Of a stretch of 64,000 nt of DNA, positions 50,052 through 64,000 are shown one piece after another. The stretch's first letter is position 1, and every line of letters starts with the position of its first letter. The translations under genes and the position numbers were made by a program. Origin of the DNA: Escherichia coli O127:H6 str. E2348/69 (GTDB lineage: Bacteria; Pseudomonadota; Gammaproteobacteria; Enterobacterales; Enterobacteriaceae); the NCBI RefSeq assembly GCF_000026545.1, contig NC_011601.1; one strand, written 5' to 3'. Below the pieces are notes generated by a model. The model was not told the origin of the DNA. It did not search any database and saw only the letters and a list, made by a program, of their open reading frames with translations.

Positions 50052-50484
50052 TGTTGCACTCCTGAAAATTCGCGTTAGCCACGCTCACTCTGGACTGCGA
50101 CATCGCCAGGAAATCAGAGGTGACGTAGGGTGTTTTTGCCGTTTTTATAGGTCGTTCGCCGAATACGGCGCGTGTTTATATCTGGCAATAGCAGTATAAA
50201 AAGCGCGCCATAGCGGCTCACCGTGCAACAACACAACATTAATGCGTTCAATGAGGCCCGATTTTGGCATTAGCCCTGGACGGTGGAATCCACTTCACGG
50301 AAATGAAAACAAGAACAAGAAAGGAAGGATTAAAACGAAGAAATAAAGAAGAGTATGAAATGGATCGCTTGACTCCAGGCAAACGCCAGTAAAAATCCGC
50401 GCTATGAAGCAGTTTTTACTGGCATTTGCCTGAAAAGATTCGATTCAGCACCGCTAAAACGGCATTTACCGCTCGCTGAACATA

Positions 50485-50934
50485 TCAGGACAACATCGTG
50501 CCCCAATGTTCAACCCACGGATTTGATTCCGTTTCCGGTTCCGGGTTCTCACTGGCGTCAATCAACAGCATTTCTCCCACCCGCTGAGCGCTCTGTTCCT
50601 GCAACAAGGCATCGAACTGTTTGCCGCCATTGCAGAAATTCACATAACTACTGTCGCCGAGCGCAATCACGCCATAACGCAGATTCGGCTGGAAGCCCAG
50701 ACTATCTTTGATTCCCTGAAAGAGTGGCACAATGCTATCAGGAAGGTCGCCCTGCCCGGTCGTGGACGTAACCACCAGAACATACTTATCCTGATAGGGC
50801 AGCCAGTCGCTTAATTCAGGCTCTTCAAATACCGTTGCTTTGTGGCCCTGCGCGGTCAGAATCGCTTCCGCTTCTTCGGCCACTAACAGTGAATTCCCGT
50901 ACATGGTGCCGACAAAAATACCAATTTCCGCCAT
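50485..50934 (-). CDS. yqcA: flavodoxin-like protein
   Basis: 149-aa [18 protein letters not shown]..., flavodoxin fold. Confidence 0.85.
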   Translation of the reverse strand: MAEIGIFVGTMYGNSLLVAEEAEAILTAQGHKATVFEEPELSDWLPYQDKYVLVVTSTTGQGDLPDSIVPLFQGIKDSLGFQPNLRYGVIALGDSSYVNFCNGGKQFDALLQEQSAQRVGEMLLIDASENPEPETESNPWVEHWGTMLS

Positions 50935-50951
50935 ACCGTTTTCTCCCTGGA

Positions 50952-51734
50952 TTAGGAACTTATCTCTCCATCCTGACCCGATGGCGCACTGAACTCAACC
51001 CTTTCATTTTCAGGAAGCAGACCGCGCCAGCCAAATTGTGATAACGCCTGCATCCAGGTGTCGTCCAGGCCCGCGTGAATAGTCAGCGGCTCGCCAGTAA
51101 AAGGATGCGTCAATGACAACTGACTGGCATGCAGCATTAACCGCTGAAGGCCAAAATGCTCAGCACCGCTGCGATTCTGGCGTAAATCACCATGTTTGCT
51201 GTCGCCAATAATCGGGTGCCGCAAATGGGCAAGATGGCGACGAAGCTGGTGCTTGCGTCCAGTTTTCGGCTCCAGTTCCACCAGGCCGTAGCGCGTGGTC
51301 GGGTAACGTCCGGTCGCTACCGGCATTTCTACGGTCGCCAGACCGCGATAATGCGTCACTGCTGGCTGCGGGCCTTTATCTTCGCGGGCAAATTTATCAG
51401 CGATTTTGTCCAGTTCTTCCACCAGTGGATAATCCAGCACCGCTTCTTCCATCAACCAGCCACGCACAATCGCATGGTAACGTTTCTGGATTTGGTGCTG
51501 TTCAAACTGTTGTGCCAGCAGCCGTCCGGCTTCGCTGGATAATCCCATCAACAACACACCAGAAGTTGGTCGGTCCAGACGATGAGCAGTAAAAACATGC
51601 TGGCCTATCTGGTCACGCACGGTTTGCATGACCACTACTTTCTCGTCGCGATCCAGCCAGCTGCGGTGAACCAACCAGCCGGAGGGTTTATTTACCGCAA
51701 CCAGCCATTCATCCTGATAGAGTATTTCCAGCAT
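50952..51734 (-). CDS. truC: tRNA pseudouridine(65) synthase TruC
   Basis: 260-aa ORF, RluA-family pseudouridine synthase ([12 protein letters not shown]). Confidence 0.88.
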   Translation of the reverse strand: MLEILYQDEWLVAVNKPSGWLVHRSWLDRDEKVVVMQTVRDQIGQHVFTAHRLDRPTSGVLLMGLSSEAGRLLAQQFEQHQIQKRYHAIVRGWLMEEAVLDYPLVEELDKIADKFAREDKGPQPAVTHYRGLATVEMPVATGRYPTTRYGLVELEPKTGRKHQLRRHLAHLRHPIIGDSKHGDLRQNRSGAEHFGLQRLMLHASQLSLTHPFTGEPLTIHAGLDDTWMQALSQFGWRGLLPENERVEFSAPSGQDGEISS

Positions 51735-52063
51735 TAGCTCGCATCATCCGCAAAAAGAGCATCCAGTTTTTCCAGCTCTGCCAGAATAAGCGCGCGTTGC
51801 GGGTGGTCCGTCGCCAGCGCCATTTCATAATAAGGCGCAACAGCAAAAGCGCCCGGTAACGGCTGGTTGTTATCTAACAAATCGTGCATTCGCGGGATCA
51901 GCACCCACTGCAACCACTCCAGTGGTTCCATGGTGTCCATAAAGAACGGTTGAGTACTGTTAAATTGATGCGGCAGGGGTTCATCGTTTCGCCAGTGCTG
52001 ATGTTCACGCAGTAACGCTTCAAGCGCCTGCAACTGGAGACGAACGCGGTCATGAGTGGTCAT
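51734..52063 (-). CDS. yqcC: DUF446 protein YqcC
   Basis: 109-aa ORF overlapping truC start; conserved position. Confidence 0.78.
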   Translation of the reverse strand: MTTHDRVRLQLQALEALLREHQHWRNDEPLPHQFNSTQPFFMDTMEPLEWLQWVLIPRMHDLLDNNQPLPGAFAVAPYYEMALATDHPQRALILAELEKLDALFADDAS

Positions 52064-52105
52064 AAAGCAACCTCAATAAGAAAAACTGCCGCGAAGAATA
52101 GCAGG

Positions 52106-52474
52106 AATAAAAAAAGGGAGCACTGTATTCACAGTGCTCCCGGTTCGTTTCGCAGCATTCCGGCTACTTTTATTGCTCCCTGCTCATCCTTGACAACTTT
52201 TCCTCTGGCCTTACGGCCAATCGTTCATCCTGAACTATTGCTTCCTGCTCACACCACCCCGATGTGATACTTCATCCTGAAGTGTTCCTGGCCTTCCTGA
52301 CCCACCGAATCATCCTGACCGGTTCTCATTCTCCATCCTGGAGGTGTCCTTTAACGCGTCCTGCGTCATCCTCTTCGCTTCATCCAGAAGCCTTTCCCTG
52401 AAACACCATCCTGGTGTGTCCTTCAGAAGTGTCATCATCCTGATGTTCACTTCGTTGTCTGACTCCCTGTCGAC
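52106..52474 (-). ncRNA. csrB: CsrB small regulatory RNA (CsrA-sequestering)
   Basis: ~369 nt; transcript begins GUCGACAGGGAG...; about 18 GGA-containing repeats (seen as CATCCTG/TCCTG on the given strand); ends in hairpin GGGAGCACUGUGAAUACAGUGCUCCC + U7 (A-run 52108..52114). Confidence 0.9.
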
Positions 52475-52647
52475 GAAGATAGAATCGTCTTTTTCTCGAA
52501 GTCTTACAAGGCGCTTACAGACAATGCCTTAAGGAAAATTTCATATGAAAGTTAAGAATTAACAAGCAACATGTTGTTTTTAAATGAGAATAACGATTCT
52601 TATCTTTTTAAGTATTCGCTTATTTCCTGGCGATCTCCTACAGAGTC

Positions 52648-52665
52648 TGTAAGAGATCTCTCACA
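52648..52665. promoter_or_regulatory. UvrY/SirA-type 18-bp palindrome upstream of csrB
   Basis: TGTAAGAGATCTCTCACA, near-perfect inverted repeat ~175 bp upstream of the csrB 5' end. Confidence 0.7.
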
Positions 52666-52684
52666 ACCAGATGGGGTATTTGGA

Positions 52685-53230
52685 TTACAGAAGAGGCTTA
52701 AGTTGATTAAGGAATTCCGCAAGATTTGAGGCTAAATGCGTCCGTTTACGTGTTCCCAGCGTCTCTTTGCACACTTCACCGGAGAGATTACACACCGAGA
52801 TGACCTCTAACTCTTCTTCCAGCGTCGCGATAAATAGCGTGGGCGGCAGTTTTAGCCTTTTCTGAGTCACCAGATGACCAATCAGATTTTCCTGCACCCG
52901 ACGGAAGTCGTCTTCACTCCAGGTTTGCAGCAATGTCAGTTTGATATCGCCAAACTGCGCGTGCATATCCCCGGCAAACTGAGTCGTATAAAAGGTATGA
53001 ATCGTGGGTTGTATCACAATATCAAAAGCGCGTTCAACCGCGTTTACATTTTGTTCCCCGGTAAACGGCTGGGGTTGCCAGTATACGGCATCTTCGGTAG
53101 TTGAAATAATGCACGGTGAAGGAACGCCGTACAGTTCCTCACTTAACGGCCAGCTTTTATGCTCTTCATGCCACGCATCGCAGTAGCGTGCAGTAAAATC
53201 TTTCAGGGCTTGTGCGGTCAAATCGTCCAC
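52685..53230 (-). CDS. syd: SecY-interacting protein Syd
   Basis: 181-aa [25 protein letters not shown]... Confidence 0.85.
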
Positions 53231-53297
53231 TAATTTCTCTCTTCACTTAAACCAGATACACTTGTCGTTTAGTTTATCTGGTTTATGACGGTGAAAC

Positions 53298-54146
53298 ATG
53301 TCTTCTTATGCAAACCATCAGGCACTTGCGGGCCTGACACTTGGAAAATCAACCGATTATCGGGATACCTATGACGCCAGCCTACTGCAAGGCGTACCAC
53401 GCAGCCTGAATCGCGACCCGCTGGGTCTGAAAGCGGATAACCTGCCTTTTCACGGTACGGATATCTGGACGCTGTATGAACTTTCCTGGCTGAATGCGAA
53501 AGGTTTGCCGCAGGTCGCTGTCGGTCATGTTGAACTTGATTACACCAGCGTAAATCTGATTGAGTCGAAGAGTTTTAAGCTCTATCTCAACAGTTTTAAC
53601 CAGACGCGTTTTAATAACTGGGATGAGGTGCGCCAGACGCTGGAGCGCGACTTAAGCACTTGCGCCCAGGGTAAGGTTAGCGTGGCGTTATATCGTCTTG
53701 ATGAACTGGAAGGCCAGCCGATAGGTCATTTCAATGGCACCTGCATTGATGACCAGGATATCACTATCGATAACGATGAATTCACTACTGACTATCTGGA
53801 GAATGCCACCAGTGGTGAAAAAGTAGTGGAAGAGACGCTTGTCAGCCACCTGCTGAAATCAAACTGCCTGATCACCCATCAACCAGATTGGGGTTCGATC
53901 CAAATTCAGTATCGTGGACGCCAAATTGACAGAGAAAAACTGCTGCGTTACCTGGTCTCTTTCCGTCATCACAACGAGTTCCACGAACAGTGCGTGGAAC
54001 GCATCTTTAATGACCTGTTACGCTTCTGCCAGCCAGAAAAATTGAGCGTTTACGCACGTTATACCCGTCGTGGCGGTCTGGACATTAACCCGTGGCGCAG
54101 TAATAACGATTTTGTCCCATCGACCACAAGACTGGTTCGGCAATAA
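53298..54146 (+). CDS. queF: NADPH-dependent 7-cyano-7-deazaguanine reductase
   Basis: 282-aa two-domain QueF-type ORF. Confidence 0.9.
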   Translation: MSSYANHQALAGLTLGKSTDYRDTYDASLLQGVPRSLNRDPLGLKADNLPFHGTDIWTLYELSWLNAKGLPQVAVGHVELDYTSVNLIESKSFKLYLNSFNQTRFNNWDEVRQTLERDLSTCAQGKVSVALYRLDELEGQPIGHFNGTCIDDQDITIDNDEFTTDYLENATSGEKVVEETLVSHLLKSNCLITHQPDWGSIQIQYRGRQIDREKLLRYLVSFRHHNEFHEQCVERIFNDLLRFCQPEKLSVYARYTRRGGLDINPWRSNNDFVPSTTRLVRQ

Positions 54147-54257
54147 ATTTTTTCTCAATTTTGCGTGCTGGATTCACGCAGAAGGTTGTGAAAGGTCAGC
54201 AGGCAGGGCTATTGTAATCAAAGGGAATGACGATATTCGTCCCATAAGGAGTTTTTC

Positions 54258-55622
54258 TTGATTACACATATTAGCCCGCTTGGCTCCATGGATATGTTGT
54301 CGCAGCTGGAAGTGGATATGCTTAAACGCACCGCCAGCAGCGACCTCTATCAACTGTTTCGCAACTGTTCACTTGCCGTACTGAACTCCGGTAGTTTGAC
54401 CGATAACAGCAAAGAATTGCTGTCTCGTTTTGAAAATTTCGATATTAACGTCCTGCGCCGTGAACGCGGCGTAAAGCTGGAACTGATAAATCCCCCGGAA
54501 GAGGCTTTTGTCGATGGGCGAATTATTCGCGCTTTGCAGGCCAACTTGTTCGCGGTTCTGCGTGACATTCTCTTCGTTTATGGGCAAATTCATAACACCG
54601 TTCGTTTTCCCAACCTGAATCTCGACAACTCCGTCCACATCACTAACCTGGTCTTTTCCATCTTGCGTAACGCTCGCGCGCTGCATGTCGGTGAAGCGCC
54701 AAATATGGTGGTCTGCTGGGGCGGTCACTCAATTAACGAAAACGAGTATTTGTATGCCCGTCGCGTCGGGAACCAGCTGGGCCTGCGTGAGCTGAATATC
54801 TGCACCGGCTGTGGTCCGGGAGCGATGGAAGCGCCGATGAAAGGTGCTGCGGTCGGACACGCGCAGCAGCGTTACAAAGACAGTCGCTTTATTGGTATGA
54901 CAGAGCCGTCGATTATCGCCGCTGAACCGCCTAACCCGCTGGTCAACGAATTGATCATCATGCCAGATATCGAAAAACGTCTGGAAGCGTTTGTCCGTAT
55001 CGCTCACGGTATCATTATCTTCCCTGGCGGTGTGGGTACAGCAGAAGAGTTGCTGTATTTGCTGGGAATTTTAATGAACCCGGCCAACAAAGATCAGGTT
55101 TTACCATTGATCCTCACCGGCCCGAAAGAGAGCGCCGACTACTTCCGCGTACTGGACGAGTTTGTCGTGCATACGCTGGGTGAAAACGCGCGCCGCCATT
55201 ACCGCATCATCATTGATGACGCCGCTGAAGTCGCTCGTCAGATGAAAAAATCGATGCCGCTGGTGAAAGAAAATCGCCGCGACACTGGTGACGCTTACAG
55301 CTTTAACTGGTCAATGCGCATTGCGCCAGATTTGCAAATGCCGTTTGAGCCGTCTCACGAGAATATGGCTAATCTGAAGCTTTACCCGGATCAACCCGTT
55401 GAAGTGCTGGCTGCCGACCTGCGCCGTGCGTTCTCCGGTATTGTGGCGGGTAATGTAAAAGAAGTCGGTATTCGCGCCATTGAAGAGTTTGGTCCTTACA
55501 AAATCAACGGCGATAAAGAAATTATGCGTCGTATGGACGACCTGCTACAGGGTTTTGTTGCCCAGCATCGTATGAAGTTGCCAGGCTCAGCCTACATCCC
55601 TTGCTACGAAATCTGCACGTAA
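54258..55622 (+). CDS. ppnN: nucleotide 5'-monophosphate nucleosidase (LOG-family)
   Basis: 454-aa ORF with LOG/Rossmann-like core. Confidence 0.85.
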
Positions 55623-55630
55623 GCTCCCCT

Positions 55631-55667
55631 CCCCCGGTGACGTTTGTTGCCGGGTTTTCTCGTTTTT
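55631..55667 (+). terminator. putative intrinsic terminator after ppnN
   Basis: CCCGG...CCGGG hairpin followed by TTTTCTCGTTTTT. Confidence 0.4.
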
Positions 55668-56178
55668 GGTCACTTACTCATCAACTCATTTCATTTGTTA
55701 TATGAATGTTTCTTACCATCCTCACGCGATAAATATCACCACAGTTAATATGTCATACAATTTATGTTGAAACGCAAACGTTTCCCTATTTTCATAAACC
55801 ACATTTTATCGCCATAAAAAAGAAATTATCGCCATGATTAACTAAAAGTATTGATTTTTTCAGTTCAACCTACATATATTGCGCGCCCCGGAAGAAGTCA
55901 GATGTCGTTTAATGGGCAAATATTGCCCTTAAATTCTCTTTTACTTTTGATTTACAGAGTAAAGCGTTGGGATTATCTATCTTCCAAGTAGATTATTGTA
56001 TTTGGGATCAAGATCACTGATAGATACATAACTTGTGTGTATCTTTCCGCCCTCAAATTATTACGGTGGAAAATGATTAAGCCATCGCCGATAGACAGAT
56101 TTCATTTTTACGGTCAGGCACCTTCCCGGGCTGAACTGGCTAAAAGCTGAATTATTTGCATTCCTCCAGGAGAAATAG

Positions 56179-57468
56179 ATGGAAACGACTCAAACCAGCA
56201 CGATTGCGTCGAAAGACTCTCGTAGTGCCTGGCGCAAGACAGACACCATGTGGATGCTGGGCCTTTACGGCACGGCAATCGGCGCGGGCGTGCTGTTCCT
56301 GCCAATCAACGCTGGTGTTGGCGGTATGATCCCGCTGATCATCATGGCTATCCTTGCGTTCCCGATGACGTTTTTTGCTCACCGCGGCCTGACTCGCTTC
56401 GTACTGTCTGGTAAAAACCCGGGCGAAGACATCACCGAGGTTGTAGAAGAACACTTTGGTATTGGCGCAGGTAAACTGATTACCCTGCTCTACTTCTTCG
56501 CTATCTACCCGATCCTGCTGGTTTATAGCGTGGCAATCACCAATACAGTTGAAAGCTTCATGTCTCACCAGCTGGGTATGACGCCACCGCCGCGTGCGAT
56601 TCTGTCGCTGATCCTGATCGTGGGTATGATGACCATCGTTCGCTTCGGTGAGCAAATGATCGTTAAGGCGATGAGTATTCTGGTATTCCCGTTTGTTGGC
56701 GTACTGATGCTGCTGGCTCTGTACTTGATCCCGCAGTGGAACGGCGCAGCACTGGAAACGCTGTCTCTGGACACTGCATCTGCAACCGGAAACGGTCTGT
56801 GGATGACCCTGTGGCTGGCAATTCCGGTAATGGTGTTCTCGTTCAACCACTCTCCGATCATCTCTTCTTTCGCCGTTGCGAAGCGTGAAGAGTACGGCGA
56901 TATGGCAGAACAGAAATGCTCTAAGATCCTGGCATTCGCACACATCATGATGGTGCTGACCGTAATGTTCTTCGTCTTCAGCTGCGTACTGAGCCTGACT
57001 CCGGCAGACCTGGCTGCGGCTAAAGAGCAGAACATCTCGATTCTGTCTTACCTGGCTAACCACTTTAACGCGCCGATTATCGCGTGGATGGCTCCGATTA
57101 TCGCGATTATCGCTATCACCAAATCCTTCCTCGGCCACTACCTGGGCGCACGTGAAGGCTTCAACGGTATGGTGATTAAATCTCTGCGTGGTAAAGGTAA
57201 GTCTATCGAAATCAACAAGCTGAACCGTATCACTGCGCTGTTCATGCTGGTAACGACTTGGATTGTTGCCACCCTGAACCCGAGCATCCTGGGTATGATT
57301 GAAACCCTGGGCGGCCCAATCATCGCGATGATCCTGTTCCTGATGCCGATGTACGCAATTCAGAAAGTACCGGCAATGCGTAAGTACAGCGGTCACATCA
57401 GCAACGTATTCGTTGTCGTGATGGGTCTGATTGCAATCTCCGCAATCTTCTACTCTCTGTTCAGCTAA
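56179..57468 (+). CDS. sdaC: serine:H+ symporter
   Basis: 429-aa multi-[25 protein letters not shown]..., HAAAP family. Confidence 0.95.
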   Translation: METTQTSTIASKDSRSAWRKTDTMWMLGLYGTAIGAGVLFLPINAGVGGMIPLIIMAILAFPMTFFAHRGLTRFVLSGKNPGEDITEVVEEHFGIGAGKLITLLYFFAIYPILLVYSVAITNTVESFMSHQLGMTPPPRAILSLILIVGMMTIVRFGEQMIVKAMSILVFPFVGVLMLLALYLIPQWNGAALETLSLDTASATGNGLWMTLWLAIPVMVFSFNHSPIISSFAVAKREEYGDMAEQKCSKILAFAHIMMVLTVMFFVFSCVLSLTPADLAAAKEQNISILSYLANHFNAPIIAWMAPIIAIIAITKSFLGHYLGAREGFNGMVIKSLRGKGKSIEINKLNRITALFMLVTTWIVATLNPSILGMIETLGGPIIAMILFLMPMYAIQKVPAMRKYSGHISNVFVVVMGLIAISAIFYSLFS

Positions 57469-57525
57469 GTCCTTTCGCGCCGCTTTCGGGCGGCGCTTCC
57501 TCCGTTTTAACGCGATGTATTTCCT

Positions 57526-59759
<2,234 letters not shown>

Positions 59760-59765
59760 CGGCGT

Positions 59766-59795
59766 GCCGGATACGGCGCAAACGTCGCATCCGGC
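59766..59795. repeat. REP element
   Basis: GCCGGATACGGCGCAAACGTCGCATCCGGC between convergent xni and fucO ends. Confidence 0.65.
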
Positions 59796-59813
59796 ATTAT
59801 CACATCAGCGCAT

Positions 59814-60962
59814 TTACCAGGCGGTATGGTAAAGCTCTACAATATCCTCAAGCGTTGCTTCACGCGGGTTGCCACCGGTACAAACATCATCCAGTGCCGC
59901 CTGCGCCAGTGTCGGAATATCTTCCTTACGTACACCAACATCACGTAAATGTGGCGGAATACCGACATCACGGTTGAGAGCAAACACCGCTTCAACAGCG
60001 GCATTACGCGCCTCTTCCAGGCTCATACCTTCCACTTTCACGCCCATAACGCGTGCGATATCGCGGTACTTCTCACCGGTAAAGTCAGCGTTATAACGCA
60101 TAACATGCGGTAACAGGATGGCGTTCGCAACACCGTGTGGCGTGTTGTAAAACGCGCCCAGTGGATGCGCCATACCATGCACCAACCCTAACCCAACATT
60201 CGAGAATCCCATACCCGCAACATACTGCCCGAGCGCCATTTCTTCTCCGGCATCCTTATCACCAGCAACCGATCCTCGCAGCGCCCCAGCAATGATTTCA
60301 ATCGCTTTAATGTGCAGCGCATCGGTTAGCGCCCACGCGCCACGGGTAATATACCCCTCAATAGCATGAGTGAGCGCATCGACACCCGTCGCGGCTTTCA
60401 GCGCTGGAGGCATACCATCCATCATGTCAGCGTCAATAAACGCCACCTGCGGGATATCATGCGGATCAACGCAAACAAACTTGCGCCGTTTTTCTTCGTC
60501 AGTGATCACGTAGTTAATGGTCACTTCTGCCGCAGTACCTGCTGTGGTGGGGATTGCCAGAATCGGTACACTGGGTTTATTGGTCGGGGAAAGCCCTTCC
60601 AGGCTACGCACATCGGCAAACTCCGGGTTGTTGCTGATAATGCCAATCGCTTTACAAGTATCCTGTGGAGAACCGCCACCAATAGCGATCAGGTAATCCG
60701 CGCCGCTATTCTGGAATACACCGAGCCCTTCTTTGACGACAGTAATTGTTGGGTTCGGCACTACGCCGTCGTAAATCGCCCATGCCAGCCCTGCAGCATC
60801 CATCTTATCGGTCACTTTTGCCACCACGCCGCATTGCACCAGCGTTTTATCGGTGACGATCAGCGCCTTCTGATAACCACGGCGTTTCACCTCATCGGTT
60901 AAAGCTCCAACAGCCCCCCGACCAAACCATGCCGTTTCGTTCAGAATCATTCTGTTAGCCAT
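59814..60962 (-). CDS. fucO: L-1,2-propanediol oxidoreductase (lactaldehyde reductase)
   Basis: Iron-type alcohol dehydrogenase; ORF track gives MMANRMI (to 60965), start placed at second Met. Confidence 0.95.
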   Translation of the reverse strand: MANRMILNETAWFGRGAVGALTDEVKRRGYQKALIVTDKTLVQCGVVAKVTDKMDAAGLAWAIYDGVVPNPTITVVKEGLGVFQNSGADYLIAIGGGSPQDTCKAIGIISNNPEFADVRSLEGLSPTNKPSVPILAIPTTAGTAAEVTINYVITDEEKRRKFVCVDPHDIPQVAFIDADMMDGMPPALKAATGVDALTHAIEGYITRGAWALTDALHIKAIEIIAGALRGSVAGDKDAGEEMALGQYVAGMGFSNVGLGLVHGMAHPLGAFYNTPHGVANAILLPHVMRYNADFTGEKYRDIARVMGVKVEGMSLEEARNAAVEAVFALNRDVGIPPHLRDVGVRKEDIPTLAQAALDDVCTGGNPREATLEDIVELYHTAW

Positions 60963-60989
60963 CATCCTTCTCCTTGTTGCTTTACGAAA

Positions 60990-61637
60990 TTACTCTTCAA
61001 TCCGTAACCCGTAGGTTTTGAATTTCTCCAGCACTACGGCAATCTCTTCATCGCTCAGCACTGGCACCGGGTCCGTAATCGCCAGGGTCGTCAGGTAAAG
61101 TTGCGCCAGCACTTCAACTTCATGCGCCAGCCATAACGCTTTCTCCAGATTCACCTCACAAGCGATAAGCCCATGATGTTGTAACAAAGTTGCCTTACGA
61201 TTTTTGAGAGCCAGCGCAACATGTTCAGAAAGTTCGCGTGTTCCAAAGGTCGCATAAGGCGCGCAAGGAATAGAATTACCGCCAGCCGCCGCAATCATGT
61301 AGTGAATCGCGGGGATCGGTCGGTTAAGAATGGAAACTGCCGTACAATGAACGGCATGATTGTGAACAACCGCGTTGGCATCCGGTCTGCTTTGATAGGC
61401 CGCCATATGGAAACGCCACTCGCTTGAGGGGAGCTTTCCTTCCTCATGTTTGCCGTTGCCATCAATAAAGACAATATGCGACTCCGTCAGTTTTTCATAT
61501 GGAATGCCTGTAGGCGTAATCAGCATCCCATCCTGATAACGTACACTGACGTTACCCGCTGTCCCCTGGTTCAGTCCCAGGCGGGTCATTTCCAGGCAAG
61601 TGTCAATAATCTGACGAGCAAGTTTATTTCGTTCCAT
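60990..61637 (-). CDS. fucA: L-fuculose-phosphate aldolase
   Basis: 215-aa class II aldolase ORF MERNKLARQIIDTC... Confidence 0.95.
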   Translation of the reverse strand: MERNKLARQIIDTCLEMTRLGLNQGTAGNVSVRYQDGMLITPTGIPYEKLTESHIVFIDGNGKHEEGKLPSSEWRFHMAAYQSRPDANAVVHNHAVHCTAVSILNRPIPAIHYMIAAAGGNSIPCAPYATFGTRELSEHVALALKNRKATLLQHHGLIACEVNLEKALWLAHEVEVLAQLYLTTLAITDPVPVLSDEEIAVVLEKFKTYGLRIEE

Positions 61638-62183
61638 TAGCTACCTCTCTCTGATTCAAAACAGGGCAATAATGTTGTTCCTTTCACACTATTGAATTAG
61701 CCGTTTAATTACCCACCATCTTCTTCCTGATTAACCAGAAAGAAATTCACAAGCTTATATTTTGTGACCTGGTTCAACTAATCACAGTAAATAACTGCAA
61801 GTTCTCTTTTTATAACCCTATTAAAAATGACCGCTCTTAAAAATATTTATCAAAACGGTCATTTTTCCATTCCCCCTCGCCAGAAATGCCCGTTTTCGGC
61901 ACAAACAATTAATACGGTCATCGGGTTTGTGTTTTTTATGATTTATTTTCTGAAACGGGCATGAAATTTCGATTATTAAAGTGATGGTAGTCACATAAAG
62001 TCACCTCCCAACTAATAAGTGTGACCGCCGTCATATTACAGAGCGTTTTTTATTTGAAAATGAATCCATGAGTTCATTTCTGACAGGCAAATATTCACTG
62101 ATATGAAGCCCGAACTCGCTGGTTTTGCACTTTTGAAAACATAACCGATTACGTGCTTAAGCTTCTGAACCTAAGAGGATGCT

Positions 62184-63500
62184 ATGGGAAACACATCAAT
62201 ACAAACGCAGAGTTACCGTGCGGTAGATAAAGATGCAGGGCAAAGCAGAAGTTACATTATTCCATTCGCGCTGCTGTGCTCACTGTTTTTTCTTTGGGCG
62301 GTAGCCAATAACCTTAACGACATTTTATTACCTCAATTCCAGCAGGCTTTTACGCTGACAAATTTCCAGGCTGGCCTGATCCAATCGGCCTTTTACTTTG
62401 GTTATTTCATTATCCCAATCCCTGCTGGGATATTGATGAAAAAACTCAGTTATAAAGCAGGGATTATTACCGGATTATTTTTATATGCCTTGGGCGCTGC
62501 ATTATTCTGGCCCGCTGCAGAAATAATGAACTACACCTTATTTTTAGTTGGCCTATTTATTATTGCAGCTGGATTAGGTTGTCTGGAAACTGCCGCAAAC
62601 CCTTTTGTTACGGTATTAGGGCCGGAAAGCAGTGGTCACTTCCGCTTAAATCTTGCGCAAACATTTAACTCGTTTGGCGCAATTATCGCGGTTGTCTTTG
62701 GACAAAGTCTTATTTTGTCTAACGTGCCACATCAATCGCAAGACGTTCTCGATAAAATGTCTCCAGAGCAATTGAGTGCGTATAAACACAGCCTGGTATT
62801 ATCGGTACAGACACCTTATATGATCATCGTGGCTATCGTGTTACTGGTCGCCCTGCTGATCATGCTGACGAAATTCCCGGCATTGCAGAGTGATAATCAC
62901 AGTGACGCCAAACAAGGATCGTTCTCCGCATCGCTTTCTCGTCTGGCGCGTATTCGTCACTGGCGCTGGGCGGTATTAGCGCAATTCTGCTATGTCGGCG
63001 CGCAAACGGCCTGCTGGAGCTATTTGATTCGCTACGCTGTGGAAGAAATTCCAGGTATGACCGCAGGCTTTGCCGCTAACTATTTAACCGGAACCATGGT
63101 GTGCTTCTTTATTGGTCGTTTCACCGGTACCTGGCTCATCAGTCGCTTCGCACCACACAAAGTCCTGGCAGCCTACGCATTAATCGCTATGGCACTGTGC
63201 CTGATCTCAGCCTTCGCTGGCGGTCATGTGGGCTTAATAGCCCTGACATTATGCAGTGCCTTTATGTCGATTCAGTACCCAACAATCTTCTCGCTGGGCA
63301 TTAAGAATCTCGGCCAGGACACCAAATACGGTTCGTCCTTCATCGTTATGACCATTATTGGCGGCGGTATTGTCACTCCGGTCATGGGTTTTGTCAGTGA
63401 CGCGGCGGGCAACATCCCCACTGCTGAACTGATCCCCGCACTCTGCTTCGCGGTCATCTTTATCTTTGCCCGTTTCCGTTCTCAAACGGCAACTAACTGA
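62184..63500 (+). CDS. fucP: L-fucose:H+ symporter
   Basis: 438-aa MFS ORF; divergent from fucAO. Confidence 0.95.
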   Translation: MGNTSIQTQSYRAVDKDAGQSRSYIIPFALLCSLFFLWAVANNLNDILLPQFQQAFTLTNFQAGLIQSAFYFGYFIIPIPAGILMKKLSYKAGIITGLFLYALGAALFWPAAEIMNYTLFLVGLFIIAAGLGCLETAANPFVTVLGPESSGHFRLNLAQTFNSFGAIIAVVFGQSLILSNVPHQSQDVLDKMSPEQLSAYKHSLVLSVQTPYMIIVAIVLLVALLIMLTKFPALQSDNHSDAKQGSFSASLSRLARIRHWRWAVLAQFCYVGAQTACWSYLIRYAVEEIPGMTAGFAANYLTGTMVCFFIGRFTGTWLISRFAPHKVLAAYALIAMALCLISAFAGGHVGLIALTLCSAFMSIQYPTIFSLGIKNLGQDTKYGSSFIVMTIIGGGIVTPVMGFVSDAAGNIPTAELIPALCFAVIFIFARFRSQTATN

Positions 63501-63532
63501 ACATATTTTCCGAATAAAGTGAGGAATCTGTA

Positions 63533-64000
63533 ATGAAAAAAATCAGCTTACCGAAAATTGGTATCCGCCCGGTTATTGACGGTCGTCGCATGGGTGTTCG
63601 TGAGTCGCTTGAAGAACAAACAATGAATATGGCGAAAGCCACGGCTGCACTGCTGACCGAGAAACTGCGCCATGCCTGTGGAGCTGCCGTCGAGTGTGTC
63701 ATTTCCGATACCTGTATCGCGGGTATGGCTGAAGCCGCTGCTTGCGAAGAAAAATTCAGCAGTCAGAATGTAGGCCTCACCATTACGGTAACGCCTTGCT
63801 GGTGCTATGGCAGTGAAACCATCGACATGGATCCAACCCGCCCGAAAGCCATTTGGGGCTTTAACGGCACTGAACGTCCCGGCGCTGTTTACCTGGCTGC
63901 GGCTTTGGCAGCTCACAGCCAGAAAGGCATCCCGGCATTCTCCATTTACGGTCATGACGTTCAGGATGCCGATGACACATCGATTCCTGCTGATGTTGAA
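63533..64000 (+). CDS. fucI: L-fucose isomerase, N-terminal part (continues beyond window end)
   Basis: ATG at 63533 encodes [19 protein letters not shown]...; open to window end. Confidence 0.9.
   Translation, partial: MKKISLPKIGIRPVIDGRRMGVRESLEEQTMNMAKATAALLTEKLRHACGAAVECVISDTCIAGMAEAAACEEKFSSQNVGLTITVTPCWCYGSETIDMDPTRPKAIWGFNGTERPGAVYLAAALAAHSQKGIPAFSIYGHDVQDADDTSIPADVE

Noticed and set aside
52344-52532. 62-aa ORF on + strand
   Set aside because: Falls inside csrB (antisense to the RNA); the repetitive GGA motifs create a spurious open frame.

Overview
E. coli-like enterobacterial chromosome segment, collinear with the K-12 pcm-surE ... fucPI region. All gene calls are by reading the supplied translations against remembered protein families; no database search was run. 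Backbone: pcm(partial)-surE-truD-ispF-ispD-ftsB-ygbE, cysCND, iap, cysHIJ, queD, the uncharacterized ygc cluster (ygcN/O/P, ygcQ/R/S/U/W, yqcE, ygcE), queE, ygcG, eno, pyrG, mazGFE, relA, rlmD, barA, gudDXP, yqcA, truC, yqcC, csrB sRNA, syd, queF, ppnN, sdaCB, xni, fucOA, fucP, fucI(partial). Two accessory differences from the K-12 layout: (1) the iap-cysH interval, which holds the type I-E CRISPR-Cas locus in K-12, is only about 1.6 kb here and contains a single IS-like DDE transposase ORF with no CRISPR repeats; (2) a complete scrKYABR sucrose-PTS regulon with palindromic LacI-type operators sits between ygcE and queE. The best candidate for an undescribed system is the ygc cluster: a FixABCX-like electron-transfer module plus FAD oxidase, SDR, FGGY kinase and two MFS transporters, encoding a GlpP-family RNA-binding antiterminator, with hairpin+U-tract structures in the leaders of both divergent operons and a perfect CRP consensus site between them.
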